From assembly GCF_012911005.2 (NCBI RefSeq), contig NZ_WTVS01000016.1:61861-91860 (forward strand): a stretch of DNA of 30,000 nucleotides. Reading direction: 5' to 3'. This DNA is from Aromatoleum toluolicum (GTDB lineage Bacteria; Pseudomonadota; Gammaproteobacteria; Burkholderiales; Rhodocyclaceae). The stretch's first letter is position 1. Every line of letters begins with the position of its first letter. This document shows, one piece after another, positions 7,464 to 15,528 of this stretch. Made by a program: the position numbers and the translations under genes. Under the pieces are notes generated by a model, which was not told the DNA's origin, did no database searches, and saw only the letters and a program-made list of their open reading frames with translations.

Positions 7464-8345
7464 TCAGCGTCGCCGGGCCGCCACCAGATGATAGATCGAC
7501 AGCAGCAGCCCGCTGCTCGCGATCACCGCGATGCCCAGCCAGGTGATCGCATCCGGTAACGCCCCGAACACAAAGAATCCGAGCAGCGCCGCCCACACCA
7601 GCTGGGTGTAGCCGTACGGCCCGAGTGCCGCCGCGCTGGAACATTCGAGTGCCTTGGTGATGATGTAGTGCGCGAGTCCGCCGACGAGTCCGGCGAGCAC
7701 GAGCACGCCCCATTGCTCCGCCGTGGGCCACTGCCACACGAAGGGCATCAGCGGCGCGAGAACGAGCACCCCGACCAATCCGGTGTAGAGGTTGGTCGTC
7801 ACGGGATGCTCCGCACTGTGGAAGGACCGCGTCACCATCTGGTACACGGCATTGCAGCAGGCGGTGCCGACCGGGAACAGGATCGCCCAGGTCAGCAGCC
7901 CTCCGCCCGGACGCACGATGATCAGCACGCCGACGAAGCCGAGCGTCACCGCGAACCAGTCGACCGGCTTGATGCGCTCGCCCAGCACCGGCCCCGAAAG
8001 CAGCGTGATGATCAGCGGTGCAAGGAAGAGGACGGCCGTCGTCTCGGTGAGCGGCAGACGCGACAACCCGTTGATCACGAACAGGCTCGCGCCGAGCAGG
8101 CACATTCCGCGAAGCGCCTGCAGCCGCGGATTGGCGGTGCGCAGGATGCGCCCCTTCATCTTCGGCACGAAGAGGATCGCGATGGCGATCGTCTGCACCG
8201 CATAGCGCACCCAGATCACTTCGGTGAGCGGCAGACGGTGCGACAGATACTTGATCAGGGTGTCGAGCGCGGCAAAGCACAGGCAGGCCAGACACATCAA
8301 CAAGGGGCCGAGCACGCGCGTGCGGAAAACATGCGTATCGGTCAC
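7464..8345 (-). CDS. DMT superfamily permease (EamA/RhaT-like, 10 TMS)
   Basis: Two EamA-like halves. The N-terminus aligns by eye with the second DMT paralog at 16004-16885. The start is proposed at the GTG at 8343-8345 (VTDTHVFRTRVLGPLLMCLACLCFAALDTLIKYL). The start is uncertain; the longest ORF reaches 8417. Confidence 0.85.
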   Translation of the reverse strand: MTDTHVFRTRVLGPLLMCLACLCFAALDTLIKYLSHRLPLTEVIWVRYAVQTIAIAILFVPKMKGRILRTANPRLQALRGMCLLGASLFVINGLSRLPLTETTAVLFLAPLIITLLSGPVLGERIKPVDWFAVTLGFVGVLIIVRPGGGLLTWAILFPVGTACCNAVYQMVTRSFHSAEHPVTTNLYTGLVGVLVLAPLMPFVWQWPTAEQWGVLVLAGLVGGLAHYIITKALECSSAAALGPYGYTQLVWAALLGFFVFGALPDAITWLGIAVIASSGLLLSIYHLVAARRR

Positions 8346-8461
8346 GCGTGCGTCCCCGGCCACGTCAGGCGTTGCGGAACAGGCCGATGACGGAGGAGCC
8401 GACGTCCGGCCGCACACCCGCGGCTCGCGGGCCGGCCGATCACTGCATAGCGGTCGGTCAT
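8342..8461 (-). CDS. Putative 39-aa leader ORF translationally coupled to the DMT gene
   Basis: The ATG at 8459-8461 is preceded by AAGGAG plus 5 nt, the strongest SD in this intergenic region. Its TGA stop (8342-8344) overlaps the proposed GTG start of the DMT gene (GTGA). The peptide MTDRYAVIGRPASRGCAAGRRLLRHRPVPQRLTWPGTHA has no recognisable family. Confidence 0.3.
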   Translation of the reverse strand: MTDRYAVIGRPASRGCAAGRRLLRHRPVPQRLTWPGTHA

Positions 8462-8504
8462 GGCGTCTCCTTGTTGTTTGAATTCAGGTTTTGTAACCAG
8501 CGCA

Positions 8505-8533
8505 ACTTTAAAACACGATTCTGTTGCACGCAA
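8505..8533 (-). promoter_or_regulatory. Candidate sigma70 promoter plus operator upstream of the leader ORF and DMT gene
   Basis: Minus strand: TTGCGT (8528-8533), 17 nt, TAAAGT (8505-8510). Box AAAACACGATTCT at 8510-8522. Palindrome GTTGC-AC-GCAAC at 8523-8534. Positions 8518-8536 match 7342-7360 at 17 of 19 positions. Confidence 0.5.
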
Positions 8534-8785
8534 CACTATTCCGCATTCAAAAAAGCGCCGCGCGGCAACGCGGGAGTCGGCTCCGGCAGCCGCCGCGAGG
8601 CCTGTTACCCACATCCATCGCACGCGCCGATGCAGCTTTCGCCACGCCCCCCGCGAGCGTCTCCGCCGCGAACGACCGGTTCGTGCCCCCCGCACGGCAT
8701 GGAGCTAACATGTCCACCTTGCCGCGGAACGCCGTCTCACGGATGCATGGTCCGCGACCGCCACCGACACAATGGAGAGATGCTC

Positions 8786-9697
8786 ATGAGGATTGCAGTG
8801 ATGGGAGCCGGCGCGGTCGGCTGCTACTACGGCGGCATGCTCGCGCGCGCCGGTCACGAGGTTGTCCTGGTCGGCCGCCCGGTGCACGTAGACGCCGTGA
8901 CGCGCGACGGACTCCTCCTCGACACGCGCGACTTCCAGGAACGAGTGCCGGTGCAGGCCAGCACCGGCGCGGAGGGCGTGCGCGGCGCGCAGCTCGTGCT
9001 GTGCTGCGTGAAATCGACCGACACTGCGGATGCCGCCACCGCGATGGCGCCGCACCTGGCCCCCGAGGCGATCGTGCTGAGCCTGCAGAACGGCGTCGAC
9101 AATGCAGAACGGCTGCAGGCGCTACTGGGCCGCGAGGTCGGTGCCGCGGTGGTCTATGTCGCGACCGAAATGGCGGGCCCGGGCCATGTGAAGCACCACG
9201 GCCGGGGCGAGCTCGTGATCGGCCCGTCTGACGCATCCGGCCGCCTCGTCGAGCTCTTTACCGCGGCCGGCATACCCGTCGACGTTTCCGACAACGTCGT
9301 CGGCGCGCTGTGGGCCAAGCTGATCCTGAACTGCGCGTACAACGCCCTGTCGGCGATCACACAGCTGCCCTATGGCCGGCTCGTTGCCGGCGATGCCGTC
9401 GAGGACGTCATGCGCGACGCCGTGCAGGAATGCCTCGACCTGGCGTGGGCGGAGGGCATCACGGTGCCCGGCGACTGCTGGGCGGCGGTGCAGCGGATCG
9501 CGCAGACGATGCCGACGCAGTTTTCCTCCACGGCGCAGGATCTCGCACGCGGCAAGCGCAGCGAAATCGACCACCTGAACGGCTTTGTACTGCGCCGCGG
9601 CCAGGCGCTGGGCGTCGCGACCCCGGTCAATCGCGTCCTGTACAGCGTCGTGAAGCTGCTCGAAGAACGGGCGGCGGAGAGCACGACGCCGGCCTGA
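8786..9697 (+). CDS. 2-dehydropantoate 2-reductase family oxidoreductase (PanE/ApbA-like)
   Basis: The ATG at 8786 lies 7 nt after GGAGA. N-terminal Rossmann motif MRIAVMGAGAVGCYYGGMLARAGHEV. C-terminal ApbA_C-like features: LWAKLILNCAYNALSA, SSTAQDLARGKRSEIDHLNG. An alternative ATG at 8780 is possible. Confidence 0.88.
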   Translation: MRIAVMGAGAVGCYYGGMLARAGHEVVLVGRPVHVDAVTRDGLLLDTRDFQERVPVQASTGAEGVRGAQLVLCCVKSTDTADAATAMAPHLAPEAIVLSLQNGVDNAERLQALLGREVGAAVVYVATEMAGPGHVKHHGRGELVIGPSDASGRLVELFTAAGIPVDVSDNVVGALWAKLILNCAYNALSAITQLPYGRLVAGDAVEDVMRDAVQECLDLAWAEGITVPGDCWAAVQRIAQTMPTQFSSTAQDLARGKRSEIDHLNGFVLRRGQALGVATPVNRVLYSVVKLLEERAAESTTPA

Positions 9698-9736
9698 GGC
9701 CGCGTGCGGCGCTGCGCACAACGCCCCGCGTCGACG

Positions 9737-9765
9737 AAAAAAGGGGAGACCGCAACGGCCTCCCC
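9737..9765 (-). terminator. Rho-independent terminator of the MFS gene; the hairpin may also serve the convergent panE-like gene
   Basis: 10-bp stem (one G-U pair): 9743-9752 pairs with 9756-9765 around a 3-nt loop. On the minus strand it is followed by TTTTTT (plus-strand A-run 9737-9742). Confidence 0.75.
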
Positions 9766-9781
9766 CGGATCGGACAAGCCC

Positions 9782-11182
9782 TTACGCAGCCTGCCTGGCG
9801 GCCGCTAGGCTTTGCACGGAGAGCTGGTCGTATTCGTCCTTGTCCATCGGCACCGCATCCGGCTGGCCAAGGTCGTTCAGGTGCACCCGATAGGTTTCAC
9901 GCGCGCTCCACGCGGCCAGCGCCGCCACCACCGTCACCGCAAAGGTGATGCTGCCGACCACCAGCGGGATGTTGGCCGATCCCGGAGGCGCGACCGCGGC
10001 AAAGACCATCGGCAACATTGCCGTGACGAGCGTGCCGAGGTTCTGCGAGATCGCCATTGCGGAAACGCGGGTACGCGTAGGAAAGAGCTCGGGATAGAAG
10101 CTCGGGTACACCGCGTTGTAGCCCTGGTAAACCACGCCCCACATCAGCAGGGACATCGCGATCGCGAGCGGCACGTTATGGATGCTGATCGCGTAGAGGT
10201 AACCAAAGGACAGCAGCCCCGAGGCCAGTGCTCCGAAGATGATCGGCGGGCGGCGGCCGACGCGGTCGGAGAGCTTGCCGACGAAGGGGATCACGATCAC
10301 CGCGAGGCAATTGCCGAGGACCGGGATCCACAGGTAGACGTCCTTGTCGAAGCCGATCCCGTAGCCCGCCTGCACCGCGTAGGCCGCACCGAACACGGTC
10401 GTGACCACCGGAATGACGTTCATCAGCGCCATGCACACCACACGCAGCATGTCCCGCCAGCTGTTCGTGATCGCCTGGATGACCGGTGCCTTGGGCACTT
10501 CGCCGTGTTCGCTTTCCTCCGCGAAGGCCGGGGTTTCCTTCACCTCGCGGCGGATATAGTAGCCGGCGACGATGACGACGAAGCTCAACAGGAAGGGAAT
10601 TCGCCAACCCCAGGAGTTGAAATCCTCCGTCGGCAGATAATGCGCCAGCGGCAGGAACACGGCGGCGGCAAGCACCTGCCCCGCCTGCACGCCCTGCAGC
10701 GTGAAGCTGGCGTAATAGCCGCGACGCCCGAAAGGCGCGTGCTCGAGGATCATCGAGCTCGCGCCAGAGATCTCGCCCGCGACCGCGAAACCTTGGATCA
10801 GGCGCAGCACGACCAGCAGCGCCGGGGCGAGGAGACCGACCTGCTCATAGGTCGGCAGCAATCCGACGGCCACGGTCGAAATGCCCATCAGGAACATGCA
10901 CAACAGCAGCACCTGCTTGCGGCCGTGGGTGTCGCCCCAGTGGCCGAGGAAGAAGGCACCGATCGGGCGGGCGACGTAACCGACACCGTAAGTGGCCAGC
11001 GACGCTACGATCGCGACCTTGGGATCCGCGGCGGGGAAGAAGATCTGGGGGAAGATCAGCGACGCTGCCGTCGCATAGATGAAGAAGTCGTAATACTCCA
11101 GCACCGAGCCGATCCAGCCGCTGGCCGTCGCCTTCTTTGTCTGGTGTTCTCCGTGGGGTTCGTGTTCCGTGAGGCTGGCCAT
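9782..11182 (-). CDS. MFS transporter, metabolite:H+ symporter (MHS) family (ShiA/KgtP/ProP-like)
   Basis: The ATG at 11180-11182 lies 5 nt after GGAGA. MHS signatures: LEYYDFFIYATAASLIFPQIFFP, GHWGDTHGRKQVL, RLIQGFAVAGEISGA, WGWRIPFLLS. 12 TMS. Confidence 0.9.
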   Translation of the reverse strand: MASLTEHEPHGEHQTKKATASGWIGSVLEYYDFFIYATAASLIFPQIFFPAADPKVAIVASLATYGVGYVARPIGAFFLGHWGDTHGRKQVLLLCMFLMGISTVAVGLLPTYEQVGLLAPALLVVLRLIQGFAVAGEISGASSMILEHAPFGRRGYYASFTLQGVQAGQVLAAAVFLPLAHYLPTEDFNSWGWRIPFLLSFVVIVAGYYIRREVKETPAFAEESEHGEVPKAPVIQAITNSWRDMLRVVCMALMNVIPVVTTVFGAAYAVQAGYGIGFDKDVYLWIPVLGNCLAVIVIPFVGKLSDRVGRRPPIIFGALASGLLSFGYLYAISIHNVPLAIAMSLLMWGVVYQGYNAVYPSFYPELFPTRTRVSAMAISQNLGTLVTAMLPMVFAAVAPPGSANIPLVVGSITFAVTVVAALAAWSARETYRVHLNDLGQPDAVPMDKDEYDQLSVQSLAAARQAA

Positions 11183-11239
11183 CGGGATCTCCACTCTCGA
11201 TCATGAAAGGCGGACGGGGGTCCGCCGGGGATGGCCCGC

Positions 11240-11290
11240 ATAATAGAACTTTATTGCATCCCACGCAACTTATATCCAGAATACTGTTCT
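11240..11290 (-). promoter_or_regulatory. Candidate sigma70 promoter plus two operator-like boxes upstream of the MFS gene
   Basis: Minus strand: TTGCGT (11263-11268), 17 nt, TATTAT (11240-11245). Boxes AGAACTTTATTGC (11245-11257) and AGAATACTGTTCT (11278-11290). Offsets from the -10 are 5/23/38, identical to the dctQ promoter. Confidence 0.55.
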
Positions 11291-11315
11291 ATTGTGCACT
11301 GCATCGACGCCAGAG

Positions 11316-13361
11316 TCACCGACTGCTGCGGCGACCGGCAGATTGACGCTGCGCCGCACCATTGCAGCCCGGCTTGCCGCGGCCCCTGCCCCTGCCTCGG
11401 CTCCCCGAGTCGCGCCGCCCGTGCTGGCGCGCGAGCATCTCGTCGACCGTCTCCGACATGCTGCGCGCAAGCGAGACGGCCACCTCCGCGTCGGGGTAAT
11501 GGTCGGGCAGGCGATAGCCCAGCCACGCATACGCCGAATACTTCTTGCACGCATCCTCGGCGGCCTGCAGCGCATAGCGCCCGGTGCCGACCGGTTCGAT
11601 GGAGAGGTGCGACGTGCGCTCCTTCGACAATGCGCGCGCCCATTCCTGCCACGCCTGGTTGAGCGACTCGACACGCGTCGACACCGGCACCAGCGACAGC
11701 GTGAAGCGGTGTTCCAGCGACAGTGGCAGCGCGTCCAGCCAGCGGGCACGCTCGATCTGCTCGGTCATGTCGCCCGGCAGGAAGAAGTCGTCGGTGAGGT
11801 CGATGTTGCGCGAAAAGAGTTCGAGCAGGCGCGCGAGCGAGCGCTCGCCGGTCGCTGCCGAGATGCTCTTCAGGTGGTGCAGCGAGGGCGTCACGTAAAA
11901 GCCGCGGCTCGACAACGGCTCGGCTGCCGTGCGCATCAGGCGGCCGACGATGCTGTGCGTATGGTCGTCGAAGCCGGCGACGAGGCCCGCCTCGTGGAGG
12001 CCGAAGCGCCCTGCCCGCCCGGCGATCTGGTGCGTGAGCCAGGGCGCCAGGATGTCCTCGGAGATGCCGTCGAACTTCTTCGCGGTCGAGAACACGACCC
12101 GCGCCACCGGCAGGTTGAGCCCCATGCCGATCGCGTCGGTCGCGACGACGATGTCGGCCTCGCCGTCTCGGAAACGCTGCGCCTGCGCGCGGCGCACCTC
12201 GGGCGAGAGGTTGCCGTAGATCGTCGCCACACGGAACCCGGCCTCTGCGATGTTGGTGGCCCAGTTCAGCACATCGCGGCGCGAGAATGCGATCACCGCG
12301 TCGCCGCGGCGCAGCTGCCCAATATTGCCCACGGCACGCGGCGCCATTTCAAGCGGCGATTTGCGTTCGAGCGTGCGCACCTCCAGCTCGCAGCCGAGGC
12401 GCTCGGCGAGCGCCTCCACCGCCGGGCGCGCCGACAGCGCGCCGAGCAGGAACACCGTCTTCGCCGCGGCCCCGCACACCGCGGCGGTCCACGCCGAGCC
12501 GCGATCGAGGTCCTCCAGCATCTGGATCTCGTCGATCACCGCGACCTCGACCGGGCGCGAGGTGTCGAGCATCTCGATGGTGCTCGCAACATGGGTCGCG
12601 CCAGGGGTGATGCGCCGCTCCTCGCCGGTCACGAGGCTCACCGCAACGCCGCGGTCGGCAAGGCGCTCGTAGTTTTCCAGCGCCAGCAGGCGCAGTGGTG
12701 CCAAGTACACGCCGGTCGCCGCCTGCGCCAGCGCTTCCATCGCCTGGTGCGTCTTGCCGGAATTCGTCGGCCCGAGGATCGCGACGAAGCGGCGCCGCAT
12801 CATGAACGCCGTTTCGAAGGATTCCGGATAGCGGGTCAGCTTGACCGTATCGCGCGCAGCCTCCGCGAGCGTCTCCGCGCGGCGGCGCGCGGCCGCCTCG
12901 GCGAGCCGGTCGTCGACGATGCGGAAGCGCCGGCTCGCCAGCTCCTTGCCGGTTTCCAGCGCACTCAGGAAGCGCGCACCGTCCAGCCCTTCGGCCTGCG
13001 CCCGTTTCAGCACACCGGTGACGAAGGCGCGCACGTCGGCCTCGAACTCGGCCACCGACGCCATGTGCAGGCGTTCACGCACCAGCGCGAGGTGCTTCTC
13101 CTCGGGCAGCTTGCGCCACTTTTGCACGCGCGCCAGCACGCAGCGCTCCGGCACCAGCCGGTAGGGGTAGCGCCGTCCGCCGACCTCTACCGCGCCAGCC
13201 ACCTCGATCGCGACCGCCCCCTCGTTGTGCACGAGACGCGCGTTGAAACCCTGCAGCCAGAGATGAAGTTCGCGCGCGACGTCGAGCAGCGCATCGTCGC
13301 TCTCGGCATCGTCCTCCGCAGGCACGACGGCCTCCGGATCGGTGAAGAAATTTTCTTCCAA
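11316..13361 (-). CDS. SUV3-like (SUPV3L1 family) superfamily-2 ATP-dependent RNA/DNA helicase with an RG-repeat tail
   Basis: Motif I GPTNSGKT, motif II VIDEIQML, motif VI QIAGRAGRFG, and a SUV3_C-like region. About 190 aa of N-terminal region is unassigned. The C-terminus is GSRGRGRGRGKPG. The ORF begins with TTG at 13359-13361, so the start is uncertain. Confidence 0.85.
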   Translation of the reverse strand: MEENFFTDPEAVVPAEDDAESDDALLDVARELHLWLQGFNARLVHNEGAVAIEVAGAVEVGGRRYPYRLVPERCVLARVQKWRKLPEEKHLALVRERLHMASVAEFEADVRAFVTGVLKRAQAEGLDGARFLSALETGKELASRRFRIVDDRLAEAAARRRAETLAEAARDTVKLTRYPESFETAFMMRRRFVAILGPTNSGKTHQAMEALAQAATGVYLAPLRLLALENYERLADRGVAVSLVTGEERRITPGATHVASTIEMLDTSRPVEVAVIDEIQMLEDLDRGSAWTAAVCGAAAKTVFLLGALSARPAVEALAERLGCELEVRTLERKSPLEMAPRAVGNIGQLRRGDAVIAFSRRDVLNWATNIAEAGFRVATIYGNLSPEVRRAQAQRFRDGEADIVVATDAIGMGLNLPVARVVFSTAKKFDGISEDILAPWLTHQIAGRAGRFGLHEAGLVAGFDDHTHSIVGRLMRTAAEPLSSRGFYVTPSLHHLKSISAATGERSLARLLELFSRNIDLTDDFFLPGDMTEQIERARWLDALPLSLEHRFTLSLVPVSTRVESLNQAWQEWARALSKERTSHLSIEPVGTGRYALQAAEDACKKYSAYAWLGYRLPDHYPDAEVAVSLARSMSETVDEMLARQHGRRDSGSRGRGRGRGKPGCNGAAQRQSAGRRSSR

Positions 13362-13590
13362 TTAATGCGTTCCGAACAACAAAACGTGAAGGGTCTCATG
13401 CATCGACCACATAGGGATACCCCGTCAATCGCGCTCGCGCGAATCGGCACCCACGTCCGGCAGGAAGGCATGAAAAGCCAACTCAACAATCCCTGCGCGA
13501 GATGCATTACATCTAATTAATTCACTTTACGTGATTCTCTCTCAGCGCTAACCTGCCGCCGATACCGATCCAACCCGCCGGAAGCCCCAA

Positions 13591-13794
13591 ATGCCCTACG
13601 TAAACATCAAGATCACCCGCGAAGGCGCCACGCCGGATCAGAAAGCCGAACTGATCAGCGGCGTCACACGCTTGCTGCAGGACGTCCTCGGCAAGAATCC
13701 CCAGACCACGGTCGTGGTCATCGACGAGGTCGACACGGACAACTGGGGAATCGGCGGCGAAACCGTGACCGTGCGCCGCAAGCGCGGTCAATAG
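13591..13794 (+). CDS. 4-oxalocrotonate tautomerase family protein
   Basis: 67 aa. MPYVNIKITREG has the catalytic Pro directly after Met. The beta-alpha-beta length and ...VVVIDEV... are typical of the 4-OT family. GGAAG SD. Confidence 0.88.
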   Translation: MPYVNIKITREGATPDQKAELISGVTRLLQDVLGKNPQTTVVVIDEVDTDNWGIGGETVTVRRKRGQ

Positions 13795-13836
13795 AAGGCG
13801 CGGTCGCCACGTGACGCCACCGCCCGACGCAACGAC

Positions 13837-14541
13837 TCAGCTGCGGTCTGGAAGCGGACGCATCACCAGACCGTAGCGTCCCCGCGTCACCGGCATCGCG
13901 AAATCGAAACGATCGACCAGCGCACACAACTCCAGGTCGGCCAACGGCAGGGCCGGGTCCGTGCCAGCGACAAAGCGCCGACCGAAGTCGGAATCGCGCA
14001 CGCGCCGCGCCAGCGCTTCGCGGTCGATCGACTCATCCTGAAGGCCGGCCGCGAGGTAATCCGCGCAGGCGATGTCCTCGTCGCCATCGCGATCGATCCA
14101 TTCCCCGGTCGTGATCAGCGCGACCCGTTTTGGCGCAACCGCACGCAGCGCACGCAAGGTCGCGCCGGCACACACGAGGCTCGCCGCAAACAGCCGCGGT
14201 GCGCTGCGAAAGCGCAGCAACGCCTGCACGCCCGCCGCCGTCGACAGGATCACCGGCCGCCCGGCGAGCTTCAGGTCGTGCACCCGCGAGGGCGAATTCC
14301 CGAGGTCGAAACCGGGCATCGGGCGCCCACCGGGCAAGGCCCCGACCGTCAGCGCATCGGGCAAGCGATCGAGCAGCAGCTCGGCCTCGGCGGCCGTCCC
14401 GACCGGATGGATCTCCGATGCGCCCGCCGCGAAGGCGTACGCGGCCGTCGAAAAGGAACGGAGCACGTCGATCGCGACGACGGCATCGAAGTCGTGGGAT
14501 TCCTGCACGAGGCGGTTCAGGGCGACGCGAAAGATCTGCAT
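13837..14541 (-). CDS. 2-phosphosulfolactate phosphatase (ComB) family protein
   Basis: Start trimmed to the ATG at 14539-14541 (MQIFRV...). Family motifs: VVAIDVLRSFSTAAYA, FDLGNSP, and DGDEDIACADYL. 234 aa. Confidence 0.85.
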   Translation of the reverse strand: MQIFRVALNRLVQESHDFDAVVAIDVLRSFSTAAYAFAAGASEIHPVGTAAEAELLLDRLPDALTVGALPGGRPMPGFDLGNSPSRVHDLKLAGRPVILSTAAGVQALLRFRSAPRLFAASLVCAGATLRALRAVAPKRVALITTGEWIDRDGDEDIACADYLAAGLQDESIDREALARRVRDSDFGRRFVAGTDPALPLADLELCALVDRFDFAMPVTRGRYGLVMRPLPDRS

Positions 14542-14735
14542 TGGCCGATCATACGACAAGGGGGCACAGCACGCGTATCGGGGCTGCGTACGTCCGGCAC
14601 CCGAGTGCTGCGCCGTCGTCCCTGCGGTCGCCTGGGCATCAGCCACGCTATGCTCGGATGACGCAGCGCCCTGAACGATTGCTGGCGCGGCTGTCCAACA
14701 GGCCCGCCCACAACTGCAATCCGGCAGCCTCACGC

Positions 14736-15374
14736 ATGAGCAAACTGACGATCCGCATCTCCGACGGCGCTGCCGACATTCCTCGCGAAGCGTGGACCGC
14801 CCTGTGCGCGCCGGGACACCCCTTCCTGAACGGCGACTTCCTGCGCATCGTCGAGGAACACGGTGTCGCCGTGCCCGATGCCGGCTGGCAGCCCCTGCAC
14901 CTCGTGGCGAGCGAAAACGGCACGATCGTCGGCCTGCTCCCGCTCTACCTGAAGGGTCACTCGCACGGCGACTTCATCTACGACTGGAGCTGGAAAGCGG
15001 TATGGGAGCGCCTCGGCCACCGCTATTACCCGCGCCTGGTGTCCGGCCTGCCCTACACGCCGGTTGCCGGGCCGCGACTCCTGATCGCGCCGGCGGCCAG
15101 CGACCGTGCAGCGGTGTGCGACGCGCTGATCACGGCCGCGCAGGGCATCGTCGCCGACAACGGGTTTTCGACGTGGCACGTCGCGCTGGCCTCTTCCGCG
15201 GACATCGACGCCCTCGCGGCCAGAGGACTGCTCGTGAGCCACGACGTGCAATATCAGTGGTTCGACCAAGGATTCGGCGACTTCGACGGCTTCCTACAAT
15301 GCTTCGCGGCCGAAAAACGGCGCAAAGTGCGCGCCGAGCGGCGACGGGCCGCCGAATCGGGGCTGAGATGCTGA
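14736..15374 (+). pseudogene. Truncated FemAB-like/DUF482 GNAT-fold protein gene (N-terminal ~55% only)
   Basis: It begins MSKLTIRISDG...WTALCAPGHPFLNGDFLRIVEEHG...YLKGHSHGDFIYDWSW...GLPYTPVAGPR and ends at TGA just after the basic stretch EKRRKVRAERRR. From memory, family members are about 370-400 aa; this ORF is 212 aa. Downstream DNA does not continue the family in any frame that I can read. Confidence 0.65.
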
Positions 15375-15528
15375 AATGCCGGCCAACAATCGCTGCATTA
15401 CCTGGCGGCATCTCAGCGGCGCCTGAAGAAGATCGACGCCCCTCACGACATCGCCATCACGCGAACGCGAATAAGCCTATACTGAATTTGTATCGACGCT
15501 TTCGTCGATGCTTGCAAGGAGCAAGATC

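Noticed and set aside
8549-8573. Terminator-like hairpin (CCGCG-N6-CGCGG followed by T6 on the minus strand) upstream of the DMT promoter
   Set aside because: The stem is only 5 bp, and no minus-strand gene ends upstream of it (panE-like is on the plus strand). At most it is an insulator against antisense read-through, which is too weak to call.
8348-8785. Long 5' extension of the panE-like ORF and other ORFs in the 8540-8785 GC-rich spacer
   Set aside because: There is no family similarity and the composition is Arg/Pro-rich. The Rossmann N-terminus begins at 8786 right after an SD. The region is more likely a leader or divergent control DNA.
11292-13520. 742-aa plus-strand ORF
   Set aside because: It is antisense to the SUV3-like helicase, which has clear motifs. 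It is Arg/Ala/Leu-rich shadow-frame translation.
13398-13520. 40-codon ORF (MHRPHRDTPSIALARIGTHVRQEGMKSQLNNPCARCITSN) in the helicase/tautomerase intergenic region
   Set aside because: It has only a weak GAAGGG upstream. The composition looks like random translation, and it is simply the tail of the antisense shadow ORF. I see no supporting signal.
13514-13521. TTAATTAA octamers (also at 22581-22588) as possible shared sites
   Set aside because: There are only two copies, both inside AT-rich promoter islands where such strings are expected. There is no shared flanking context.
14130-14735. 5' extension of the DUF482-like ORF overlapping the ComB gene
   Set aside because: The translation is Arg/Pro/Ala-rich and antisense to comB-like coding sequence. 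The recognisable family sequence starts at the ATG at 14736.
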